Shown piece by piece: positions 50,442 to 62,010 of a DNA stretch of 64,000 nt (its first letter is position 1; every line of letters starts with the position of its first letter). This DNA is from Callorhinchus milii (Eukaryota), in NCBI RefSeq assembly GCF_018977255.1, contig NW_024704742.1:81842001-81906000 (forward strand), read 5' to 3'. Made by a program: the position numbers and the translations under genes. Under the pieces are notes generated by a model. It did no database searches, was not told the DNA's origin, and saw only the letters and a program-made list of their open reading frames with translations.

Positions 50442-51500
50442 CTGTTTCGGTTCTCCATATATGCTGCCTGACATGCTGAGTGTTCCCAGCGTCTTCTGTT
50501 TTTGTTTCAAATTAGATTATTTGTTGTTTGCTCTGTCTTCGCTTTTCCTCATTTACTGTGGAGCTTTCATTCATTAAAGTTGCTTTGCTTCACTTCTATC
50601 TAATTTATGCATCTCAGGACATGTATTCAATGTATTCATGTATAAAACGCATTCAAATGCCTTTTTAAAAGACTACGTATCCTTTATCCTGAGTATCCAT
50701 GATCCTACTTCCCATTCTGAAGTTGAAAGCCAAATCCAAAGCATTGGATTTAACTAAGTCAATATTTAATGGAATTGTCCTATGTTAAATGGAGACCTAC
50801 TATTTCTTGACAAGCTGTCTTAATGATGGAACCAACAACTGATCAAGCTCCAACATGATAACATGCTAGCAATGCACACAGTCTCCAGGAGAATGTTCAA
50901 TGTCATCCTGATGACAGAAAACTTGAAGAAGAATGGATTTTATCCTCAAAAAGTGGTTACAATCTGCTCTCAAATGCATCCACATGGTGATTTTAGAAAA
51001 ACAGGCAGCAATGGCACAAACATTATGGACTGAATGGCTTCCTCCTGTGCTGATACATTTTCTGTGCTATACTGTCACCTGTGATGCATGTGCTCTATAC
51101 TCTAGGCTTCATCTGCTTACAGTCTGGAGATTTCACCGTAATTTACTTCACAGGTTTCTTTGAAGAGACAGCTCAGACAGTAAGCACCTCATTTTGCCCA
51201 CAAAATAGCAAGATCATTTAAAATATAACTCACTTTTACAGATCTGTTTGTAAAAGCAGATCAACAAACCAGATCAGATGCAGGAAAAAAACGATTTGAA
51301 TTTGCGAAAATGTACGTGCAAATTTTATTAACGCTTTCGTACTAAGTGGCCTCTGCTTCTCTCCTAACCCTGTCAGTGTGAGTCCCTATTTCAAAGGTGA
51401 CTCAACCAAGTCACAGTCACACACATATAACCCCATATAACCCCAATGCCTGGAAACTGGAATTTCTAATCGGAGTCTGCTCATACTTGTCGACCTCCAA

Positions 51501-52166
51501 TGTTAACAACTACTCTCCAAAGCGCTTACTCCTTTTCTTGTCTGGAACACTAGAGAGACTCGAAGATACGTTCGGTAGAAACAACAGCTCTTTATTAAAA
51601 CCTAGCAACTCAACAACAACAACAAGATTCAATTTATAGAGCGCTACAATAGAGCGCCATTTATAGAGCGTCTTTCACGTCGGGAGGACGTCCCAACTCT
51701 AGGCTACCTTGCATATAAGGAACCCAACAATGGAAGCTATACAACAATGGGAGCAAACATAACAATCACACATAGCTATAACAACTGGCAGCACAATATT
51801 ATATTAATAAAGAAATATAAAACCAACCCTGACTGTACAGTAGTCCTGTACACATCAGTACAACCATTAGTTAGCGACCACGAGGGGTGCCGAGCATTGC
51901 CTTATATAGTTGCGTGACTCCACCCACCGTATGATGCAAATGCAAGGGTTTCTTCCCGTGCTAGCTCCCACATGTTATTTTACTCTGCAACCTTCTTGTT
52001 AGCTGACTGTCCATCTAGATCTTTACTTTGTTGCCAACTCTTGTAGACTACTTGCTAACTCTGTGCTGCAATTTGAAATCTTACAGAACCCATTTAATGG
52101 GGTAGGCCTCCCTACTCCCTTAAATAATATTATATAGTTACGTATACATATTATTTACACATTACA
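51501..52166 (-). mobile_element. Candidate LTR of an LTR retrotransposon
   Basis: The minus strand starts TGTAATG and ends TTAACA. It has CTATATAAGG (about 51900-51909), then AATAAA (51591-51596), and TGGAGGTC 1 nt after the end (PBS-like). No TSD or second LTR seen. Confidence 0.45.
51611..51693 (-). mobile_element. Minimal L2 tail insertion
   Basis: (CAA)n plus half of the terminal stem-loop, flanked by the direct repeat CAACT (51606-51610 and 51694-51698). Confidence 0.8.
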
Positions 52167-52599
52167 AAGGACTGCAAGAATACGATAACTGGACAAATCA
52201 ATTACATTTTGCAGAATCAATAGACTCTGTGAATAAGCATCTATATTTTAGCAGTTATATTGCCTGAACACTAGGAAAGAAAACAGTCAATTAAAATGAT
52301 CAAAATCCAAAATAAGAGCCTCACAAATAAAGAACCAATCCAATATTTCACAATTGAGTTCTTTATACTCGCACAGACCTATTATTCTTGATATGTTTTC
52401 AATCGATTTCAAAAATATAAATGGTGCAATTATGCTTTTAAGATCAAACTTATTCCTTCATAGAAGTGCGTTGGCAAATCAATGCTGGAGTGAGAAATGC
52501 AGCAAATGACCAATCAATGTTTGATATCACCAGACTTTTAATGTACCTTGTGACCGGTTGTTGTCAGTAATAGAACAACTTTCTTTTCCTGTGTCTCTG

Positions 52600-52858
52600 A
52601 ATTGAGAGGACCAGGGTTAGATTCCTGAGCAGGGCAAAAACCTTAGGCAAGTTTTTTTACTCCACACGCCTCTGTTTACCTTACAGTAGATAGGAATCCA
52701 ATTGTTCGTTACGTAGCGGATTGCTTTCCGGAGGTAATAATCCCTCCAAAAAGAAATTGGTTACTCAATCCACGACTGCTAGTAGGACACTGCGGTGCAG
52801 AATTAGTGGCCAATAATCTGAGAAGGCGCTATATCAAATGCAAGGATTATTATTACTT
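52600..52858 (+). mobile_element. SINE family B, deleted copy
   Basis: GGCAAGTTTTTTTACTCCACACGCCTCTGTTTACC, then tail. Confidence 0.8.
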
Positions 52859-53508
52859 ATCATGCCAAGTACAATAGACAATATGGATGCAGGCATGCAG
52901 CCCCAACATAAACTGGGAGCACAGAACTAAAGGATACAAATATAAAATTAACAACATTTCAAAAACTTTGAAATCGGCAGATATTTACTCTTTCTGCAGA
53001 GTTGTGAATGTTCAGAATAATAATCTTTACATTTGATATAGCATCTTTTACATCCAAATAGAATAAATAAAATAAAACAAATAATAAACAATAGCAACTA
53101 TAGTTGAAGTGAACCTAAATGCCGCAGCCGACAAAACTGTTAAATATCTGATACAGTCGTGTCACTTTCTTTGCACGTTGCAATTGCACGTTGGAGAGAG
53201 TGTCAGTAAAGAAAGTTCACTCCCTTCTGTACATGAACATTGACAATTTATCACATCTGTAACGTTTCTAATCTGGAAAGAATCCAAATTGAGTCAACTC
53301 TTTTCAACACTATGTTACATCAGGCTTAGATTTTAGAAGTTTGGCTATCATCAATCAATCTGCAGTGGTATACCAATTTTGAATCTGCAATTTCTTTTGG
53401 TATTTTGTTTTCCTTTTCCTTGATTTGTGACCTGCTCCTCATTTCCATTACTTCTCACTGCAATTGTAAGAACTTTGCAGTTGGAAGATTGAGTTAAAGG
53501 CAACTAGA

Positions 53509-54141
53509 TGTCAACTTGGCACAGTTTGGTAGAAGTCCTGCCTCAAGGTCAATGTTGGTCAATGATTATCAGCCTAGTCTGCAAATTCAAGGTCAATGTT
53601 GGTCTTGAAACCACCACCTTCTGAGTCAGAAGGTGGTGGTTTCAAGATCAACATTGACCTTGAATTTGCAGACTAGTCTGATAATCCAATCCAATGTTGG
53701 TGCTGTGCTGCCTTGCAAGAGAGACAAATGCTCCATTTCCCAGACACTGGCCAGTCTCAGTCAGGCATTAAACAATAACAACAACTTACTGGGGTGGGGC
53801 TGGGGAACACATTAGACAAGTTTCCTTACTCCACATGCATCTGTTTTCCTAACAGTAAGCAGGAAAAAGGTTGTTGGTTGATTGGTAGCTGCTGCTGCCC
53901 ATTTAATAATAATTTAATTAAATAATAATTATTTATGGTAATGACACTTCTTTTTTAAAAAATTGATCACTCAATCCACAAGTGTTTGTGGGACAGTGCT
54001 GTTCGCAATTGGCTGCCGCATTTCACCCACAAAATACACAGTGAATGCACTTTGCAATATAATCTGTGAAGTATTTTGAGACGCTTCAACAACGTGATAA
54101 GGCACTATATCAGATGCAAGGATTATTATTATTATTATTAT
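53509..54141 (+). mobile_element. Family A SINE head with a fold-back duplication, followed by a 5'-truncated family B SINE
   Basis: Head GTCAACTTGGCACAGTTTGGTAG; palindrome at 53564-53686; family B body from about 53810 to the (TTA)n tail. Confidence 0.75.
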
Positions 54142-54587
54142 CTCAAAACTCTTTATACAATTTGCTTGTGAGCAAAACAAATAGTTAATATCCAACCTTT
54201 TTTAAACTTCAATGCATCAATGTGATATTTTATTGCTATTTTCCTCCCTGGTTATGCTGTGACCTTTCACAGTAAGGGCAAAAAACCAAAGCCAGTTTTG
54301 TGGTGTGGATCTTTGTCCAATACATTTCTGGGTTGACTTTCCCAATCTTGTTTCACATACAATCTTTCTTTCAACAAATCAAGAAGGCTTTCAGCCCATC
54401 AGTCTGGACTGGATTCACTCCAGCCCAGAAGAGAAAAGGGAGTTTGCAAACACAGTGGAGCAGACTGTGCTCCACAGATCAATACTGCTTTGTGATTCAT
54501 TCTGTGGTATAATGCAGGTCATGTGTAAAAGTGTAGAAAAGAACCTGCAAAATACATTATGTCAGGAACAAAATTAAACACAGACAT

Positions 54588-54902
54588 TAATAAATAATCC
54601 TTGCATTTGGTATAGTGCTTTTCACGTCGGGAAGACGTCCCAAAGCGCTTCACAGAACACACTGTAAAGTGAATTGACTGTACATTTGTGGGTGAACGCG
54701 GCAGCCAATTGCGCACAGCAATGTCCCACAAACAGTCGTAGATTGAAAATGACCAATTTTATTATTGTTTTTGTTTTTTTTGGAGGGATTATTATTAGGC
54801 GTGTGGAGTAAGGAAACTTGCCCAAGGTTTCACCCTGCCTGGAATTGAACTCAGGTCTCTCGCTTGCAAAGCGAGTGCTCTAACCACTGAGCTACAGGAC
54901 TC
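54588..54902 (-). mobile_element. SINE family B, well preserved, internally deleted
   Basis: The reverse complement has head GAGTCCTGTAGCTCAGTGGTTAGAGCACTCGC and tail stem GCGCTTTGGGACGTCTTCCCGACGTGAAAAGCAC. Confidence 0.92.
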
Positions 54903-56962
54903 AGTGGTTAGAGCACTCGTATCAAGATTTTCCTTTACTTTTGAGACAATTTTTCCAGACAGACACTGAACGATCTTATTGATTATTTCTTGGCCACACT
55001 TGAAGCCCCCAAGAAAAAAGTCTTGAATGAAACTGAACTCCTGTCTAGTGTTGTTCTGGCCTATTCACAAAGTGATTGATTTAGCAGAACACAAACAACA
55101 AATGTCTGAAAATAATCCCAGTATTGGTCAATACATTATAGGTCAGTAATTTTGCACTGATCATACAGGTATGTGTGCTTAAATGTGCGTGTCTCCAAGA
55201 AAATACAGTCATTGTATTTTAGAGTATATTCTGTGAAGGGCTGTAAGATGTCCTCCTGACCTGAAAAGCCCTATATCAAATGCAGGAATTCTCCTTATTA
55301 TTATGTGTCTATATATTGATGTGTATAGGCTCATGTGCCCTGTTCCCCACTCTCGACTATGCATATGTTTAATAAACTATGTTTATAATAATGAAGCTGG
55401 AAAAGAGTAGGTTTACAGTGGAAGCTTTGGAACTTTGATGAAGAATGACAACATCCTGCTGTAGTGACTAGTTCTTTTTTTAAAAAAGAAGAAATTGGCG
55501 TACAGAAAGAAAGAATTTGTTTGCTTGTGGATGCATGAATGGGTGTAATTTTCTTTTTGTGTCCCAGTGCTGGGATTTAGAAAGTTGAGACATCTGGAAA
55601 AGGCACACATCACACTTATACTAAGTGCATTTGAGTGTCATTCTCTGCTGGAATGTGACCAGATGACCACATTGGTCTGAGACAATCAGTCCAGCAATGG
55701 GGTGATGAACGGTGTTTTCTACATAGCTGGAAATGACAGATGAGTGACCCATTGCTCCACCACTAGCCGTCAACCATTGGTGTGCCTTTTGATTGAATCT
55801 TGCTTTGCGCATTGTATCAGTGTATGTAATATTAAACATTCACATCTTGACCCTAATCTAAGCAGCAGGCTGCAGTGTAGCACATGCTGCATGGCAACAG
55901 GGATTCTTTTATTATATCACGTGCTTTGTTTGTATTCTCTATTTTTAGGCGGAAGCATTTATTCCACAGCATGAATTGGGGCCATTTATTAACTAAAGCA
56001 GCATAATTTCTTCTTCAATGCAATACAACATTACTGTTTTTCGTATAAGCAGATCTCTGGGTAAGGATATTCTATGATATATTGTCTGTCTTCTTCGATA
56101 CATTAATGCAATCTAATACACTGAAAAGCGCTTTCTTTTTAATTGATTATTTCCTATCCCCTCATTAGGTTCCTGCTATGCCATACACAATTTCCTGAAC
56201 AAATGGGGTTAGCACAGCTATCCTCAATTGAATGTTCTGCTTTCAGTACGTGATTTACTTAACACAACATTTAACGCACAACATTTCTGCACACAAGTGG
56301 GCCATTGGGCCCCATTGTATCTGTGCCACCTGTTATTCTGAATAGCCTTTTTCTGTTATTCACTCCTCTCTCTCCCCATATCACTTAATGATTTTTCCTC
56401 TCAGGTGCTTATCCAGTTCACTTTTAAATGATTCTCTTTATCCAGCTTCAGTGAACACTTGTGGTAATGAATTCCATACCCTAACAAGCCTGTGAATGAA
56501 GACCTTCCTCCTACCTTTGCTGCTAACAATCCTTACCTCACCACAACCCACAGATGAATTGGTCACTTAGTTATTTTTAAATTTTATGGCTTCATCCCCT
56601 CATTCAACAATTGTTAACAAGCTATTTGTTAGCATGTGTCGTGACCACCAATCAACCAAATAAAAGTAGTCATTCACTTCATATCTGTTTGTGGGATTTG
56701 TGAGGCATCCTCTTGACATGAAACAACAAAAGCAACTTGCATTTATATAGCACCCTTTGTGCAGGATAACAGGTCGAAACGTTGAAAGGCACTGCAGTAA
56801 GTGCTATATCAGTATTATTATGATTTTGCATCAATAGCCAAATTGTCTTTTTTGACATTATTATTCAGTTTTTCTCTAAACTCTTCTGCATCCGTACACA
56901 TTCCAACAGACATCACTGAATAATCAGAAGGAGCTGGAACTCTAGCTATTTTTGATTTTCTG

Positions 56963-58520
56963 TAATAATTATCCTTGCATTAGACATAGAGCCTTATCAT
57001 GTCATTAAGACGTCTCAAACCGCTTCACAGAAGTTTACTGTAAAGTGTAGTGACTGTGTATTTATTGGCAATGCGGCAGCCATTTTGCACAAAACAACAC
57101 CTGGCACTTAAATAGCGTTCTCCATGCAGGGTAGTGTCTCAGAGTGCTTAACAGTGGTGGAGCCTAACTCCGTGCCGAGAGGCGGGCGGAGGTGTCCTTG
57201 AGCATGGTCGAAGAGGAAAGTTTTCAGGTGGGACTTGAAAGAGAGGAGAGAGGAGGCAAGGGAGAGTGTTCCAGAGTTTGGGTGCATAATGGCTGAAAGT
57301 ACAACTTCTTTTGGTGGAGCAGATGGTGTGAGGGACGAGCAGTAGGCCAGTACCAGTCAAGCGGAGGCGCCTGGTAATTGACTGTGGAATGAGGAGGTCG
57401 GAGAGGTAGGGAGGTGCCAGGGAGTGAAGGCATTTGAACATGAGTGTGAGGATCTTGATATCGATCCGTTTGGTGATGGGGAGCCAGTGGAGCCTGGCCA
57501 GAACTGGTGAGATGTGGATACGGAGTTTGATCCAGGTCAGTATGTTGGGCAGCAGAGTTTTGAATGAGCTGGATCTTGTGAATGGTGAAGTTGAGGAGAC
57601 CGGCAAGTAGTTCATTGGAGTAATCCAAGCAGGAGATGACAAACACATGCACAAGGGTTTTGGCTGCACTTGGGGTAAGGTATGGTGGGAGGTGGGCAAT
57701 GTGGTGGAGGCGGAAGAAGGCGGTCCTAGTCAGGGACCGGATGTGGGGGAGGAAGGACAGCTGGTGGTTGAACCGGATGCCTAGGTTGCGCACTGGTCTA
57801 ACTGAGGGAGGGCCCAAGGAGTTTGAGGAGTTTAGATCCGCAGGAGTAAAGACGTTGATGGGAGCCAAGGAGTATAGGTTCTGTCTTTTCCATGTTCAGC
57901 TGCAGGAAGTTTACACTCATCCAGTCCCTGATGTCTGCCAGACAAGCTGATAGAACATCGGCGAACCTGGAGTTGGTACTGGAGGAGGCAAAGTAGATTT
58001 GTGTGTCATCTGCATAGATGTAGAAGTTCACTGTTGTCTGTTGATGACATCGCCCAGAGGAAGCATGTAGATAAGGAAAAAAAGAGGGCCAACAATAGAA
58101 CTCTAGGTTACCCCACAGGTGAGAGAAAAGAAACCATTTGCTGAGATGAAATGGAGGCAGTTGGTTAAGTAGGACTCGAATCATACATGTGTGTTCCCAC
58201 TAAGGTAGATGAGGGAGGAGAGACAATGGAGGAGGATGGCGTGTTCAACTGTGTTAAACGTGGCAGAGAGATCCAGAGGACAAGGAAGCAGAGGGAGCCC
58301 TGGTCACAGATAGAGAGAATGTTGTTTGTATTGTCCCACAGGAATGTCCCACAGACCGCCATGAAACAAATGACAATTTTTTATCTGGGAGAATGTTGGC
58401 CAGGACACTGGAGAATCTCCCTTTTCTTTTTGAATAGCGCCATGGGATCTTCAACATCCATCTGAATAGATGACAAACATGGATTGTATTTAGGGTGTCA
58501 GCCTAGACTAAGAGCTCAAG
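56963..58520 (-). mobile_element. DeuSINE split by an L2 insertion
   Basis: The SINE tail part 56963-57091 ends CATTTTGCACA; the SINE resumes at CACAGGAATGTCCCACAG (58337). Confidence 0.8.
57092..58333 (-). mobile_element. L2 LINE, 5'-truncated, decayed
   Basis: NFYIYADDTQIYF, NFLQLNMEKTE, VRNLGIRF, FVISCLDYSN, ISPVLARLHWLP, RIDIKIL. Confidence 0.95.
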
Positions 58521-59844
58521 TGCAATGAAAGTGCATTGAGTCCAATTTAGCATCCCTCCTGCCACAAAGGATAAGATCAGCTAATTCTGCACAGACTGAG
58601 GTCTCGTTGATCTGCATCAGTCAGTGTGGCAGAGTTTCACATTGGGCATTCACCAAAAGCACCAAGCAGAAAACAAAATCTAGGGTCCTTCTCTAACTGA
58701 ATAACACACACAAACACTAAACAGGTTTAAACTTCATTGTTGCATTTAAAACAAAATCTGTTCTAGGCTGTGGTTAATCAGTACATGACCAATCCATTAT
58801 GTCTCGTCAGTCCCATAATCAGGCTTTACAGGATAGAACTTCTCACCCACTCAAACATACGTTCATTAATATAATCGCAACAAGCTTCCCTCATGGCAGC
58901 TATAGCTCACAATGCTATTAGCAGCAACAACCAGGATGAATGAAATGGAGAGAACCTACTGCACTAGATGGCTATACATCTATCTGTCCTGTCAGCAAGG
59001 CTCAAAGTGCTGACGTGGCACAGACCAAATGTGCTGCACTGAAATTATTGTGGTGTTAAATGTCTATTGATTCTAATTGCAATCTAGCACTGGTGTCTGA
59101 TGTACAATAAAGCTACTACGAGTCAAATCCTCTGAACTATAGACACACGTACATGAAAGTGCTGTCCATTTGGAGTTCATTTGGCAGTCGCAGAGGCACA
59201 AATGAAGCTTGACTGTTGAAATCTGTTTTTTTTATATCTCAATCCAGTACTGTAAAGAGTAATTGATTTTTTATTATTATTATTTTCCTTGTACAAGCAT
59301 TGCTTCGCACTTCTATTTATCTCTCTTTGCCACATTCCAATCTCCACTGTAATTGTTGTCATGAACTCACGCTCCCCAGGCTTTCATTATTGTATTTTAT
59401 TTTTCTTGCAGAAAATCGCTTAAAGATAACTCAGTAGGGTGGCAAACATGAAATAATATCAACATCACCAGTTCACAATGTTATAGATATTGTCGTCGCA
59501 TGCAATGTTTCATCTGAACTGTTTCGCTGAGTCAGGTTTCTTAACAACTTATGATAAATTGAAAGGAGTATTTGTAAATACCCAGGATTTTTGGTCAGTG
59601 GACCTAAGGCACCAGCAGTTACTTGGCCTGGCTGATGCATTCTTTGACCTCCATTAACCTTACCAACCCAGCTGTTGCTTTCCCTCAGTAAGCACCAGTC
59701 TGTTTCATGTCCCACACCCTCTCCGTTCCAGCGGCAAGTGGGCATTCAGCCATACTGCCTCTGCTATCTGGTACTCCATGTGGGAGAACTTCCGCCTCCC
59801 TCCCTCCTTCCTTCACCTAATTCAAGGTCTCAAGATGTACCTCA

Positions 59845-60021
59845 TTGGTAAAAATTCTTTAAATTCAGTCTTAATTTGGAGCTGCATCTTTTCTTAAAAT
59901 TGCAAAAATACGGCTATCAAATTAAGTCTGAATTTGAGAATTTTTTACAGATTTGTGTAATCTTCAATTTTAATATGAAATGAGTCTTAAGAGTGAAGTA
60001 AAACTAGATGGGATTTGGGGC
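59845..60021. repeat. AT-rich repeat with internal inverted repeat (same family as 13130-13307)
   Basis: AAAAATTCTTTAAATTCAGTCTTAATTTG...CAAATTAAGTCTGAATTTGAGAATTTTT. Confidence 0.6.
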
Positions 60022-60249
60022 TGGAGAAACTGAGATCCTTTTTGATTTATTTCCTCTTCCTAACCAAGTGCTCTGGTTGAGAACAATTAACAGTTGCAAT
60101 ATCAGTGTAACTTGGTTCCTCACCAGACAGTAATGTCTTTATCAAGTGAGTCATTGAGGTACTTAACACGGTTAAGTCAGAGAATTAATGAGATCTTAAA
60201 TGAGCAAAGGAAACTTTCTTCTGGTGTTCTTTAACAAGGATGTGTATAT

Positions 60250-60556
60250 AATAATAACAATAATAACAATAACATTAATCATAATAATAATCCTTGCATT
60301 TGATATAGCACCTTATTACGTAGTTGCGACATCTCAAAGCATTGTAAAGTGAATTGACTCTATATTTTGTGGGTGAAACATGGCAGCCAATTTTGTGCAG
60401 CAGATTGACCCGCAGATTGACTGACCAGCAAGTGTTCCGCCAATTGATGAACAACCAGGTACCTACTTACTGCTCGGTAAACTGAGGCATGTGGTGTTAG
60501 GAAACTTCCAAAGGTTTACGAGGCGAGTACTCAAACTAATATGCTACAGGACTCCA
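60250..60556 (-). mobile_element. SINE family B, diverged
   Basis: (TAA)n tail, Deu 3' part, head ending GCTACAGGACTCC. Confidence 0.8.
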
Positions 60557-61714
60557 CTGTCTGCAGCACTCAGCGCCTTGAGGAATCCTCCCGACGGGAA
60601 AGGCACTTCACAAATATAATTTTGTTGTTATTGTCTGGAGATCTGGTGAGTCTGGACTGAGGATATCATCCATGTCTATGTGATGAGCAAATGTAACGAT
60701 TATGCACAAGGAACTTAAAACCTTCAGATCATAAAAATGAATGAACCACAGGGAGCCCTGAGGTTACACAGCCTTCAGATTATTCTAAGTGAGGAATGGG
60801 AAAACAATTACAAAACTAGAGTAATTTTCCTCATAAGTACTTACCCTGCAGGAAGCCTGCTTGTTTTTGCACAATGTCTCAGCTGAATTCCGAGAAAGGA
60901 GCATGAACTGTGTGGAATGAGAGGGGAAATAAAGAAATTGTAATGGGTTTCATATTATTGTCACATAATTCGTTATTTTGCACTTGACATACAGACATGC
61001 AGAGGGAAAATAAGACAACCCTCAAAAGTATTTATACCGTTGGCTTTTAAGCAATATGTTTGTGATCAATATAATGTGCTGTCAAATTGTGTAACGCACG
61101 TCTTGACAATAGCTGTAGATTGTTGAGCTCTCAGGCCTGCAGTTTGATGAGGGACAGCAGACAGCATCTCTGATACAAATTAATGAGATAAATAATAAAA
61201 GCAGAGGATAATCCATTAAAGTGTTGCTAACAGCAATAATATCGCCAGTGAAACATTCTTGAAAGAATTTGAAGAAATTCAATGGGTCTAAAGTCATCTC
61301 AAGATAATCTTGCAGTCAAGGCTTCACTTCAGGCTCAGTAAGAAAGATTGGGATGAATGTTATCTTCCAAGCATCATTTCAGAAATTTCAGTCAGAAAAA
61401 ACGTTTCATTTCCGTTGCTATCTGCAGAATAATGTTCATCTCAGAGTCAAGCCGCCTTGCCAAGCTATGAAAGCCGCCCAGTTAGTGATCAGATGTGATG
61501 ATCTTTGTGTGAACCAAAGTGTCAGAGTGGGGGAGTAAAGAGTTAGTCAGGAGTGACAGAGACCAATTGAAGATAATATTGTACAATGCAGAGTCTAGAC
61601 AGGGAGAAACACGTCCAACAAAACCACTTTTAACCATTTAACTATCAAACATCTGGAATATTCGGTTTCTGTATGAAATATACCAATGTATCCCGAGGTG
61701 ATAGTCAGTATATT

Positions 61715-62010
61715 TCAACAAGTCTAAAAAGGAGAATGCTGGGCTGCATTGCTAATTTTGTTGAGTTCAGATCCCAGAAATGATGTTCATGGTGAACTCA
61801 CAACTGGGGGACTGGCTACAGTTCTGTTCGAAGTGGTATAAAGGCAACGGACATGCAAGCAATGAAGTTGATCCCAAGTATTACAAGGATCCTATTTACA
61901 TGAGAACAGAGTATAGCAGCTTCAGCAGGGAAGGAAATCTTGCCATCGACATTTGGATTGAATTATTCTCTCGAAGTTGGCAGAGAAGGGGATGGTAGGG
62001 TCTTCATTCC
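61715..62010 (+). mobile_element. Highly decayed CR1 fragment
   Basis: AGAATGCTGGGCTGCATTGCT (RMLGCIA) followed by a CTTGTGAT-family-like end. Confidence 0.5.

Larger units (their letters stand above)
49942..50509. mobile_element. Penelope-like element remnant: inverted terminal repeat pair with degenerate hammerhead ribozyme motifs
   Basis: Arms 49965-50167 and 50326-50509 are reverse complements. They resemble the shark Penelope terminal repeat as I recall it (ACTCAGCAGGTCAGGCAGCATC). Hammerhead core pieces occur in both arms. Confidence 0.8.

Noticed and set aside
56768..56790. GTCGAAACGTTG resembling a Penelope hammerhead 3' half
   Set aside because: No upstream CUGANGA or stem II; embedded in L2/SINE tail debris.
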